Origin: an uncultured Nitrospinaceae bacterium
GTDB lineage: Bacteria; UBA8248
Reading direction: 5' to 3'
Length of the DNA: 26,047 bases
Assembly: GCA_964005815.1 (NCBI GenBank)
Contig: CAXFSR010000031.1
Location: 1 to 26,047, forward strand
The position numbers were made by a program, and so were the translations under genes. The notes beneath the pieces are model-generated. The model saw only the letters and a list, made by a program, of their open reading frames with translations. It did no database searches and had not been told where the DNA came from. Below are positions 7,812-17,272 of this stretch, piece by piece; the first letter of the stretch is position 1; every line of letters begins with the position of its first letter.

Positions 7812-9278
7812 ATGAATGATAAAATTTTTCAAGAAAAGTTCAATGATGGTTGCAGGGATACAGGTCTTTGCGATTCTACTGGAACAATTCTTGTAGGTTT
7901 TTCTGGTGGTTCAGATTCTTGTGTTTTGCTTCATATGGTTAATATTTGCTTTGGAGAGAAAAGGAAGATTGTTGCAATACACGTAAATCATAGTTTGAGA
8001 GGCATAGACTCAGACAAAGACGCAAAACATTCAAAATTATTTTGTGATTCGAGAAAAATTGTCTTTCATGAAGAAAGAATTTCAGTCCCTTCTACTTCAT
8101 CTTTGGGCTTAGAAGCAGATGCTAGAGACTTAAGGACTAAGGTCTTTCAAAAGTATCTAGAGAAATACAAATCAAAAGTTTTAGTTTTGGGGCATCACCT
8201 GAATGATAATGCAGAAACGATTTTGATGAGATTAATAGAAGGCAGTGGAATAAAAGGTCTTTCAGGAATTCAACAAAATTCGTTACACACCTTTATGAGC
8301 AAGAAGAACAATACTGAAGCCAAGTCTTCCTTTGTAATTTTTAGGCCCATGTTGAATATAAAAAAAGAAGAAATTTTAAACTTTGCCAAATCACACAATA
8401 TTCAATTCGTTATAGATGAAACTAACAATGACAAAAAGAGATTCAGGAACAATATTAGACATAATATAATACCTTTACTTACAGAATCTTTTGGTGATGC
8501 AGCAATAGAGAATATTGTTAGTAGTTCTTCAAATTTAAATCAAGCACGTATGATAAATGACGAAATTCTTTATAGACACATGCAAGAACATTTAGATGTT
8601 GATAAAAATATAGTGAAATTAAAGAATGTTCCTGAATTAAAGAAAAAATCGTTGCCAATACGTTCAGGTATTATCAAATTTGCGATTGAAACTGCATTTG
8701 AGAAGAATTTATACATTAAGAAACAAAGATTGCCTATTAAAAAATATATCGAATCTATAAATTTATTAATACAATCTGATAATCCATCCTCTAGCCTAGA
8801 TCTGGGGAAAGGAATTGAAGTTAGACGAGAATATCAAGAGATAACTCTAGAATTAAGGGAAGAGATTAAGAAAATTAAAAAAATTTTTCCACTCAAAATA
8901 GGCAAGGTTACAAACCTGGAAGAGTTTGAGATGTCAGCGGAAATTCAATTAGAAGAAAATTCCAATTATTCAAATAAAAGTGAAAACACCAATAATATAA
9001 TTTTACTCGACAATGATTCTTTGCAACAAGAAATCGTTTTCAGAACAAGAAGAGAAGGGGATAGATTTCATCCTAGACATTCAACCGGGAGCAAGAAATT
9101 AAAAAAATATTTAATAGATATGAAAATACCAAAAGTTCAAAGAGATTCAATACCACTTCTTGCAACTGGATCGGAAATAATATGGATTGTTGGTCATGAG
9201 TATTCACATAATTATCAAGTTACTGAAAATACTAAAAAAATGCTTAAAATTTCGCTCAACGAATTGAAAACCGATTGA
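7812..9278 (+). CDS. tilS: tRNA(Ile)-lysidine synthase
   Basis: PP-loop VGFSGGSDS, HVNHSLR, LGHHLNDNAETILMRL, RPML, DETN..RNNIRH and C-terminal RREGDRF..KKLKKYLID..IP. Lies upstream of ftsH, as is usual. Confidence 0.96.
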   Translation: MNDKIFQEKFNDGCRDTGLCDSTGTILVGFSGGSDSCVLLHMVNICFGEKRKIVAIHVNHSLRGIDSDKDAKHSKLFCDSRKIVFHEERISVPSTSSLGLEADARDLRTKVFQKYLEKYKSKVLVLGHHLNDNAETILMRLIEGSGIKGLSGIQQNSLHTFMSKKNNTEAKSSFVIFRPMLNIKKEEILNFAKSHNIQFVIDETNNDKKRFRNNIRHNIIPLLTESFGDAAIENIVSSSSNLNQARMINDEILYRHMQEHLDVDKNIVKLKNVPELKKKSLPIRSGIIKFAIETAFEKNLYIKKQRLPIKKYIESINLLIQSDNPSSSLDLGKGIEVRREYQEITLELREEIKKIKKIFPLKIGKVTNLEEFEMSAEIQLEENSNYSNKSENTNNIILLDNDSLQQEIVFRTRREGDRFHPRHSTGSKKLKKYLIDMKIPKVQRDSIPLLATGSEIIWIVGHEYSHNYQVTENTKKMLKISLNELKTD

Positions 9279-9422
9279 TATTATCGATTGAAAAACAATT
9301 GGATACATCAAATATTTTTAAAGATACTTCAAAAAAAGAATGGACAACAAGAAGTAAACATTGTTAACTTTAGGTAAGTTTTTTTGATAGTTTTTAATTT
9401 TAAGTATAGAAGGGAATAGAAT

Positions 9423-11339
9423 TTGAGTCAGTTTTACAAAAATATAGCACTATGGATGATAATTGGATTGGTCATGGTGGGTCTTTTTCAGACTTTTAAT
9501 CCATCAGGAAAATCCTCGACTGAAATAATATATAGTGATTTTTTAAGAGAAGTATCAAATGGTCAAATTTCAGAAGTTACTATCCAAGGCGATTTTGTTA
9601 GGGGTCTTTTTTTATCAGGCAGTTCTTTTCAAACATATGCCCCTAAGGATAGTAATTTAATTAATATATTGCGAGACAAAAAAGTAAGAATTAAAGTACA
9701 TCCACCTGAAAAGAACTCTTGGTATACCAATTTACTTTTGAGTTGGTTCCCAATGATAGTCCTTGTAGGTGTATGGATATTCTTCATGAGACAAATGCAT
9801 ATGGGTGGCGTTAAAGCCATGTCTTTCGGAAAAAGCAAAGCCAAAATGATGGCAGAGGATAATAAGAAGAAAATTACATTTAAAGATGTAGCGGGTATAG
9901 AAGAAGCTAAAGAAGAATTGGAAGAAATTGTAGATTTTCTAAGTGACCCTCAAAAATTCACTAGATTAGGAGCTAGAATACCTAAAGGTATTTTGCTTGT
10001 GGGACCTCCAGGCACAGGGAAAACTCTTTTAGCTAGAGCGATTGCTGGTGAAGCGGATGTTCCATTTTTCTCAATCAGTGGTTCTGGTTTTGTTGAAATG
10101 TTTGTTGGTGTTGGTGCATCTAGGGTAAGAGATTTGTTTGAGCAAGGAAAAGCAAATGCTCCCTGTTTAATTTTTATTGATGAAATTGATGCAGTTGGTA
10201 GGCATAGAGGTGCTGGACTTGGTGGAGGTCATGACGAAAGAGAGCAGACTCTAAATCAACTATTAGTTGAAATGGATGGTTTTGAATCTAATGATGGAGT
10301 TATTCTCATTGCAGCAACAAACAGACCGGATGTATTGGATCCTGCATTGCTTAGGCCGGGTAGATTTGACAGACAGATAGTGGTTCCATTGCCAGACATA
10401 CAAGGAAGATTGGCAATTTTAAAGGTCCATTCTGTAAAGGTACCACTTGATAAATCAGTAGATTTAGAATTGATAGCAAGAGGTACTCCAAGATTTGCTG
10501 GTGCAGATTTGGCAAATTTATTAAATGAAGCAGCTCTGTTGGCTGCTGGAAAAAATAAAGATTCTGTTGAGATGTCGGATCTGATGGAAGCAAAAGATAA
10601 AGTGTTGATGGGTAAAGAGAGGAGAAGTTTAGTGTTGAGTGATAAGGAAAAATCCAATACTGCCTATCATGAGGCTGGTCATGCTTTAATTGCACTTCTA
10701 ACACCTGGTGCAGATCCAGTTGAGAAAGTTACTATTATACCTAGAGGTTTTTCTCTTGGAAGTACATGGTCATCTCCACCTGAAGATAGGTATAGCAATA
10801 ATAAAAACTTCCTGTTGAATCAAATAGTTGGATTGATGGGTGGTAGAGCTGCGGAAATGTTGATTTTTGATGAACTTACAACTGGAGCAAAAGCAGATAT
10901 TCAAATGGCTACAGATTTAGCAAGAAGTATGGTTTGTGAATGGGGTATGAGCGAAAAATTAGGACCTCTTTCATATGGGAAAAAAGGCGATCAGGTCTTT
11001 TTAGGTAAAGAACTTAATCAGTCTAGAGATTATAGCGATAGTATTGCATTAGAAATAGACAACGAAGTACATGATATGGTTTCCTCTGGATATAAAAAAG
11101 CCTATGAAATTTTAGAAGAAAACAAGGATAAACTTGAACTATTAGCAAATGCACTGTTAGAACACGAGACTTTAGACTTGAAAGATATTGAATCGTTGAT
11201 GGATGATGGAACTATACCGCCACGAAAGAAAAGCAATACAAAAGATTCGGAAGAAATTCCTTCAGATAAAGACACAAGCTCCCCGTTAAACAACAGGAAG
11301 CCGTCATCACCAACCGATCTAGCTCCAGGTCAAGCCTAA
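9423..11339 (+). CDS. ftsH: ATP-dependent zinc metalloprotease FtsH
   Basis: Two N-terminal TMs, [50 protein letters not shown] and HEAGH zinc motif. TTG start. Confidence 0.98.
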   Translation: MSQFYKNIALWMIIGLVMVGLFQTFNPSGKSSTEIIYSDFLREVSNGQISEVTIQGDFVRGLFLSGSSFQTYAPKDSNLINILRDKKVRIKVHPPEKNSWYTNLLLSWFPMIVLVGVWIFFMRQMHMGGVKAMSFGKSKAKMMAEDNKKKITFKDVAGIEEAKEELEEIVDFLSDPQKFTRLGARIPKGILLVGPPGTGKTLLARAIAGEADVPFFSISGSGFVEMFVGVGASRVRDLFEQGKANAPCLIFIDEIDAVGRHRGAGLGGGHDEREQTLNQLLVEMDGFESNDGVILIAATNRPDVLDPALLRPGRFDRQIVVPLPDIQGRLAILKVHSVKVPLDKSVDLELIARGTPRFAGADLANLLNEAALLAAGKNKDSVEMSDLMEAKDKVLMGKERRSLVLSDKEKSNTAYHEAGHALIALLTPGADPVEKVTIIPRGFSLGSTWSSPPEDRYSNNKNFLLNQIVGLMGGRAAEMLIFDELTTGAKADIQMATDLARSMVCEWGMSEKLGPLSYGKKGDQVFLGKELNQSRDYSDSIALEIDNEVHDMVSSGYKKAYEILEENKDKLELLANALLEHETLDLKDIESLMDDGTIPPRKKSNTKDSEEIPSDKDTSSPLNNRKPSSPTDLAPGQA

Positions 11340-12316
11340 GCAAAATGTGGCATTACTTCTTTAGCAAAAGCCTCTAAAGATTCATCGAACCCAGGCATTG
11401 GTGGGTCAATCATTAGATTCTTTACTCCAAAACTTTCTATCTCTTTGATCCTTTCGACTACTTCTTCTGATGTTCCTGTTATAGTGAAACGGTCGAGAAT
11501 ATAATCAGTTATTAAAGGAACATGTTTAGGACTTCTCCAATTGCTAACATCAAAATTATCTAACAGATTTTGTATTTCTGCATGATGTTGTTCTGGAACT
11601 GAGTCTAAGGTCATTCTGAAATTATGATGAGCTCTATTTGCAACTCTAGCTCTTACTCTTTCTCTTGCAGCATTTGAATCTTTGTCTATAGAAATGACTG
11701 CACCAAAAATAACATCGATTGGTCCTAGATCTGAAGATCTAGCATTTCTTCCTTCATCAATATATTTATGTACCCAATCAATTGTTTCTTTGTAGACCCC
11801 TGAGCCAACTATTATGCCATCTGCTAGTTCTGCGGACATAGCTAATGTTTTAGGTCCTTCTGCAGAGGTATAAATTGGAATATTTCTTTCACTCCATATT
11901 TTAACATTTACACCCGGTTCATATTCAACTTCTTCCCCTCTTGTGAAAGCCCGAATTCTATTTATTGAATTACGCATAGTTGCAAGACGAGCCATTTTTT
12001 TGCCGAGTGTATAAACGGGTGTGTCGCCTGAACCTATACCAAATACAACTCTTCCACCAGACAATTCATCAAGAGTGGCAATAGCACTTGCACTCACAGA
12101 ATCATCATGAAGAACTGGATTTGTAACACCTGGACCTATAGTAATATTGTCTGTATTTTGAATGGCAACAGCCATAGCAACATTATGATCCCTGCAAGTA
12201 AGGTGACTCTCAGCTACCCAAACCTGCTCAAACCCATGTTCTTCTGCAAATTTTGTGCGTTTTGATAACAGTGGAATATCATCTGGTACTAGATGTAGGC
12301 TAAATTTTATTCCCAT
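11336..12316 (-). CDS. LLM-class (luciferase-like) flavin/F420-dependent oxidoreductase, Mer-like
   Basis: [59 protein letters not shown] and 'GT.EEVVERI' motifs. SD AGGAG. Stop overlaps the ftsH stop by 4 nt. Confidence 0.92.
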   Translation of the reverse strand: MGIKFSLHLVPDDIPLLSKRTKFAEEHGFEQVWVAESHLTCRDHNVAMAVAIQNTDNITIGPGVTNPVLHDDSVSASAIATLDELSGGRVVFGIGSGDTPVYTLGKKMARLATMRNSINRIRAFTRGEEVEYEPGVNVKIWSERNIPIYTSAEGPKTLAMSAELADGIIVGSGVYKETIDWVHKYIDEGRNARSSDLGPIDVIFGAVISIDKDSNAARERVRARVANRAHHNFRMTLDSVPEQHHAEIQNLLDNFDVSNWRSPKHVPLITDYILDRFTITGTSEEVVERIKEIESFGVKNLMIDPPMPGFDESLEAFAKEVMPHFA

Positions 12317-12483
12317 CTACATTTCTCCTAATTAAACTTGTGAACAATTTAGTTTTATAATTAACAAGTTTTAAAAATAACATTTTAATCGTAAAATTAA
12401 AATTAGCATTGGCTTATTTTGATTTAATTAGTGTATGGATGAATTTGTAGTTATAATGAAGTCGGTTTAATTCGGAGAAATAA

Positions 12484-13200
12484 ATGCCAAAACTTTGCGT
12501 AAATGTAGATCATGTAGCGACTATTAGAGAGGCTCGAAAAACTATCGAACCCGATCCGATTGACGCTGCAATAATAGCCGAAAAAGCTGGAGCAATAGGA
12601 ATAACGATTCATCTCAGAGAAGATAGAAGACATATACAAGACAAAGATTTACATTCTCTTAAGAAAGTCATTTCTGGGAAACTAAATCTTGAGATGGCTC
12701 CTGTACAAGAGATGTTTGATATATCATCCATTCTTAAACCTGACCAAATAACTTTGGTGCCCGAAAAAAGACAGGAAGTAACTACTGAGGGCGGATTAGA
12801 TTTGATGAATTTCGATCTGAACTTTTTACAAAGAAACTTTAGGAATTTAGACAAAGATATTCTTGTCAGCATTTTTATTGATCCAACCATAAAACAAATT
12901 AACATAGCCAAGGAAATAGGTGTGTCCTATATAGAACTCAATACAGCTGCTTATAGTGAATGTGATAGCGAAGAATGTCGAACTAAATGCTTAAATGAAC
13001 TTTTTGAATCGGCAAATCATGCCTTGTCAATTGGTCTTAGGATTCATGCTGGTCATGGGTTGACATATGAAAATGTAAAACCCGTTTGCAATATACCTGG
13101 ACTAGAGGAACTGAATATTGGTCACAGCATAGTTTCAAGATCAGTTTTTGTCGGGTTTGAGAATGCGGTTAAAGAAATGGTGAAATTGATTCACTATTAA
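12484..13200 (+). CDS. pdxJ: Pyridoxine 5'-phosphate synthase
   Basis: LCVNVDHVATIREAR, GITIHLREDRRHIQ, LNLEMA, TLVPEKRQEVTTEGGLD, HAGHGL, ELNIGHSI. Confidence 0.98.
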   Translation: MPKLCVNVDHVATIREARKTIEPDPIDAAIIAEKAGAIGITIHLREDRRHIQDKDLHSLKKVISGKLNLEMAPVQEMFDISSILKPDQITLVPEKRQEVTTEGGLDLMNFDLNFLQRNFRNLDKDILVSIFIDPTIKQINIAKEIGVSYIELNTAAYSECDSEECRTKCLNELFESANHALSIGLRIHAGHGLTYENVKPVCNIPGLEELNIGHSIVSRSVFVGFENAVKEMVKLIHY

Positions 13201-13215
13201 AGGAAAAAGCTTTCC

Positions 13216-14760
13216 ATGACAACTCCTTTGGCCACTTCAAATGAAATGTCTAACATAGATTTTAGAGCCATTAACGATTATGGAATACCGTCAGATGTGT
13301 TGATGGATCGTGCTGGTAAAGTTTCAGCTGACGAAATTTGGAAAAGATATGGCAAGGATGATTTGTCAGTTACAATTATATGCGGTAAAGGAAATAATGG
13401 TGGAGATGGTTACGTTGTAGCGAAGTATTTATTTGAATATGGTGTCAAAGTAACAGTTCTACGAATAGTTCACTCTAAAAGTATTTCTAAGGATTCTTCT
13501 AAATTTCTAGAAATTATTTCCAACTTGGACATTGAAATCATTGAAGTCGGTTCTGAATCACTCCATTTGTATCAAGATCAAATTCTAAGCGGAGATATTA
13601 TAGTAGATGCTATCTTGGGAAGTGGTTCCAAGAAAAGAAAAGGCAGTGTAGAAGAAAAAATCATTTCTCTTATGTCGGATTGTGAAAAAGATATTGTTTC
13701 ATTGGATTTGCCTTCTGGTGTTGATGCAACAACTGGAGAATGTGCTGAAAATCATTTCATCTCTTCTTTGACTATATCTTTTGGCCTTTTAAAAAGAGCG
13801 CATATAATTTTACCATCATCTGAATTATCGAAAGAGATTATAAATGTTGATATTGGGATACCCCAGAAATGTATAGACGAAGAAGAAATATCTCTAAATT
13901 TGATAAATTTAGATGATGTTTCCAATATTTTGCACAATAGACCAACGGATTCTCATAAAGGCAAAAATGGAAATGTTTTAGTAATCGGTGGATCTTCTGG
14001 AATGATAGGGGCACCTATTTTGACTGCCATGGGTGCTTATAGAACTGGTGCCGGAAAGGTTACTATTTGCATTCCAGAACAAGAACAGCAAGTACATCAA
14101 ATTCCACCAGAGATAATTTGTAAAACTGTCAAAACAACTGAAAAGGGATGTTTTGATGTTGAGTCTATGGATATATTATTGAGATCTAGTGAAGAGGTTG
14201 ATGTTGTAGTGATAGGTCCAGGGATTTCTACAAATCCAAGAACGAACGAACTTGTACAGCTTTTGTTGCGATACGTAGAAGTTCCTATGGTAATTGATGC
14301 TGATGCAATAAATTGTATTGCTCAAGATCTCACTATTTTAGAAAATCACACTAAAGAGATTATAATATCGCCTCATCCAGGAGAAATGGCAAGGTTGATT
14401 GGTACCTCTACTAATGAAATTCAAAACAATAGGGTAGGCCTGTCATCTTCTTTTGCCTTGGATAATAATTTAACATTGGTTTTAAAAGGTTGGGGCACTA
14501 TTATTTCTAATAATTCAGGAAAATCTTGGATTAATACAACAGGCAATTCTGGAATGTCTGTCGCAGGGATGGGAGATGTATTAGCTGGGATGATAGGTGC
14601 ATTTAAGTCTCAAAAACAAAACACACTAGATTCTTGTATAGCAGCCGTTTTTCTACATGGATATTCTGGAGATATTGCTGCTAAATCTATAGGGAAAATA
14701 GGAATTATCCCATCTGATTTGATTGAATGTATTCCTTTTGCTAGAGAAGAAATATCATGA
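13216..14760 (+). CDS. nnr: Bifunctional NAD(P)HX epimerase/dehydratase (NnrE-NnrD, YjeF)
   Basis: GKGNNGGDG, DAILGSG and LDLPSG (epimerase); HKG.NG, GPGI, DADA, PHPGE, LKG and GMGDVLAG (dehydratase). Confidence 0.96.
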   Translation: MTTPLATSNEMSNIDFRAINDYGIPSDVLMDRAGKVSADEIWKRYGKDDLSVTIICGKGNNGGDGYVVAKYLFEYGVKVTVLRIVHSKSISKDSSKFLEIISNLDIEIIEVGSESLHLYQDQILSGDIIVDAILGSGSKKRKGSVEEKIISLMSDCEKDIVSLDLPSGVDATTGECAENHFISSLTISFGLLKRAHIILPSSELSKEIINVDIGIPQKCIDEEEISLNLINLDDVSNILHNRPTDSHKGKNGNVLVIGGSSGMIGAPILTAMGAYRTGAGKVTICIPEQEQQVHQIPPEIICKTVKTTEKGCFDVESMDILLRSSEEVDVVVIGPGISTNPRTNELVQLLLRYVEVPMVIDADAINCIAQDLTILENHTKEIIISPHPGEMARLIGTSTNEIQNNRVGLSSSFALDNNLTLVLKGWGTIISNNSGKSWINTTGNSGMSVAGMGDVLAGMIGAFKSQKQNTLDSCIAAVFLHGYSGDIAAKSIGKIGIIPSDLIECIPFAREEIS

Positions 14761-15218
14761 ATCATTTTAAAGAAAATAATTTTTCCGAGTTACTTAATAA
14801 AACACTACTCTCTTCATCTATGGAAGATACAGAAAAATTAGGGGCTAATTTTTCAAGTTGTTTAGATGATGGTTCTATAGTTTATATTTATGGAGATATT
14901 GGTGTGGGAAAAAGTGTTTTTGCAAGAGGAGCTATACAATCACTGCCAGGAGGAAAAAATTTAATTGTTCGAAGCCCAACATTCTTGTATTTATTTGAAT
15001 ATCCAACAACTCCTACGGTTATACATTTGGATTTATATAGATTGAAAGAAAAAACAAATTTGCTAGATTTTGGTTTGGACGAATGGATAAAAAATGAACA
15101 TGTTTTATTTATTGAATGGCCACAACATATTACTGAAAATACAATTAATCCCGATTTTATTGTTGAGATTGAAGCTCTTAATGAATACAAACGAGAAATA
15201 AAGATATTCAGGAATTAA
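14757..15218 (+). CDS. tsaE: tRNA threonylcarbamoyladenosine biosynthesis ATPase TsaE
   Basis: GDIGVGKS, SPTF, HLDLYRL and IEWP motifs. ATGA overlap with nnr. Confidence 0.96.
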   Translation: MNHFKENNFSELLNKTLLSSSMEDTEKLGANFSSCLDDGSIVYIYGDIGVGKSVFARGAIQSLPGGKNLIVRSPTFLYLFEYPTTPTVIHLDLYRLKEKTNLLDFGLDEWIKNEHVLFIEWPQHITENTINPDFIVEIEALNEYKREIKIFRN

Positions 15219-15257
15219 ATAATTAATTAAACTTACAAGGAAAAATCAAGAGACACT

Positions 15258-15854
15258 ATGAGAAATTCAAATCAAAAAAATCAGATCTTTACAAAGAAAT
15301 ATATAAGAATTTTTATTTTTTTGTTTATCCCTGGGATTTTTTATGTATCCTATTATTTTTATAGTTTAAACGATTTGCCAAAAATTAAAGTTGGCAATGT
15401 TTCTATAGTAAATACAGATGCAGATATTAAACTCGATGATATTCATGTAATTGAGAATTCTAAAGGTTACAAAGAATGGGAGTTATGGGCAGAGACAGCC
15501 AAAACTTACCAAGCGAAAGATTTGACAGTTTTCAGCAAGATAAAGATGAAAATATACAAAGACAATACTTTTTGGGAATTATATGCTAATAAAGGTTCTT
15601 TAGTTATCTCTAGTCGTGATGTTCTGATGTCTGGAAATGTAGTTATAAAATCTAATAGCGGTCTTTTACTTAAGACACAGTCTATAAGTTTCAAGACTTC
15701 ATCTAATACGTTATTCGCAAAATCTGAAGTATTCATAGAAGGTGATGACTTTAAGGTGAATGGCTACGGTCTAGAAGGGAATATAAGAAAAGGAAGTTTT
15801 ACTATAAAAGAAAAAGTTGTTGCATTGCTCAATAATAAAATAGCTAAAAACTAA
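15258..15854 (+). CDS. lptC: LPS export ABC transporter periplasmic protein LptC
   Basis: Single N-terminal TM, then a beta-rich region with 'G.KEWELWAETA', 'GNVVI' and 'G.GL' patterns. Directly upstream of lptA-lptB. Confidence 0.8.
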   Translation: MRNSNQKNQIFTKKYIRIFIFLFIPGIFYVSYYFYSLNDLPKIKVGNVSIVNTDADIKLDDIHVIENSKGYKEWELWAETAKTYQAKDLTVFSKIKMKIYKDNTFWELYANKGSLVISSRDVLMSGNVVIKSNSGLLLKTQSISFKTSSNTLFAKSEVFIEGDDFKVNGYGLEGNIRKGSFTIKEKVVALLNNKIAKN

Positions 15855-15856
15855 AA

Positions 15857-16417
15857 ATGAAAAATCAATATTCAAATCTTATGATTAAATCATCGAAAAT
15901 TATTATCTTAGCAATATGCCTCTCCTTTGTTCCTTTGTTTCATGCTGAAATTTTAGCTAAAGATAATGATTCTCCAACACGTATCACTTCAGAAAAAATG
16001 GAAGTGGACAACAAAAAGAATATAATTATTTTTACCGGAAAGGTCTTTGTTACAAAAGGAAGAATAGAAATTCGTGCAGATAAATTAATTTTGCATCCAG
16101 ATAATAAGAAAACTGAAAGTAAAAATAATGATGCCGCAAAAACTAATTTACTTGGAACTGGGAAAATGCAAAAAATTATTGCTACAGGAAATGTGTTCAT
16201 GAACCAAGATAGGAAAAAATTTGCTACTGGAGACAAACTCAATTTTGATGATAAAAATAGGATCGCAATTTTAACAGGGAATGCTAAAGCTTGGGAAGGC
16301 AAAAATCAGGTTATCGGGGATAAAATCATAATGTATTTAAATGAAGATAAAACTATAGTGCATGGAGCAAAGAATAAAAGGGTTCATGTAACTCTGCATC
16401 CAAAACAACAAAAATAA
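15857..16417 (+). CDS. lptA: LPS transport periplasmic protein LptA
   Basis: Signal peptide; OstA-like 'PTRITSEKME..FTGKVFVTKG..IRADKL..IATGNV..LTGNA..N.V.GDKI..RVHVTL.P'. Confidence 0.9.
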   Translation: MKNQYSNLMIKSSKIIILAICLSFVPLFHAEILAKDNDSPTRITSEKMEVDNKKNIIIFTGKVFVTKGRIEIRADKLILHPDNKKTESKNNDAAKTNLLGTGKMQKIIATGNVFMNQDRKKFATGDKLNFDDKNRIAILTGNAKAWEGKNQVIGDKIIMYLNEDKTIVHGAKNKRVHVTLHPKQQK

Positions 16418-16425
16418 GGATTATT

Positions 16426-17169
16426 TTGGAAACAACAAAAAAAACAGAAAACAATCTAGCATCTTCTGCTTTATTTAAAACTTATTCTAACAGGACTGTA
16501 GTTAATGACGTTTCTATTGAAATAAAGTCGGGTGAAATAGTTGGTCTTTTAGGTCCTAATGGTGCTGGAAAAACTACTGTTTTCTCGATGATATCTGGAT
16601 TAGTTCAACCTGATTCTGGTGAAATTTTGCTAAATGGAAATTCTATAACTCAAATGCCTATTTACGAAAGAGCTCGTTTTGGATTGGGATATTTGCCTCA
16701 AGAATCTTCGATTTTTCGAAGAATGACTGTATCTCAAAATGTAATGTCAGTTTTAGAACTCATGCCTTATACAAAGCTAGAACGTAAACAATACCTTGAT
16801 AATTTATTAAATGAATTAAAAATCACCGAAATAAGTAATTCTAAAGGATTTTCACTATCTGGCGGTGAAAGAAGGAGGGTAGAAATAGCGAGAGCGCTTG
16901 CGATGTCTCCTTCGTTTCTTCTTATGGATGAGCCTTTCTCTGGGATAGATCCTATTATAGTCGCAGAAATTCAGACTATGGTTCGTGGTCTCACTAGATT
17001 TGGAATAGGTGTTTTAATTACTGATCATAATGTTAGAGAAGCATTAAATATTGCAGATAGGGCTTATATTCTTCACGAAGGTCAAATAATAGAATCTGGC
17101 AATCCTAGCAAGTTGATTGACAGTAAAAAAGCAAGAACGGCTTACTTAGGTGATAATTTCAAGCTATAA
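16426..17169 (+). CDS. lptB: LPS export ABC transporter ATP-binding protein LptB
   Basis: GLLGPNGAGKTT, GYLPQESSIFR, LSGGERRRVEIARAL, DEPFSGIDP, LITDHNVRE and YLG..F. TTG start after AAGGA. Confidence 0.97.
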   Translation: METTKKTENNLASSALFKTYSNRTVVNDVSIEIKSGEIVGLLGPNGAGKTTVFSMISGLVQPDSGEILLNGNSITQMPIYERARFGLGYLPQESSIFRRMTVSQNVMSVLELMPYTKLERKQYLDNLLNELKITEISNSKGFSLSGGERRRVEIARALAMSPSFLLMDEPFSGIDPIIVAEIQTMVRGLTRFGIGVLITDHNVREALNIADRAYILHEGQIIESGNPSKLIDSKKARTAYLGDNFKL

Positions 17170-17272
17170 TTTTCAATTATTTTAATAATTTTTCTTAAAA
17201 ATATTTAAAATATGCCGTTTATTGAAATAGAGTAACGTTTAAATAGTTTAAATGTAGAATAAGGAGATTGAC

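Noticed and set aside
7722..9292. FNR/CRP-like boxes (TTGAA-atg-TTCAA at 7722; TTGAT-att-ATCGA near 9275)
   Set aside because: Half-site spacing is 3 nt rather than the 4 nt of TTGAT-N4-ATCAA, and the half-sites mismatch.
9279..9422. Missing hpt between tilS and ftsH, or an ncRNA in this gap
   Set aside because: Direct tilS-ftsH adjacency is common in diderms, and the gap shows only promoter-like AT-rich sequence with no structure.
17170..17272. SAM riboswitch upstream of metK
   Set aside because: The region is only 103 nt and extremely AT-rich, with no SAM-I/II/V core motifs or stable stems visible.
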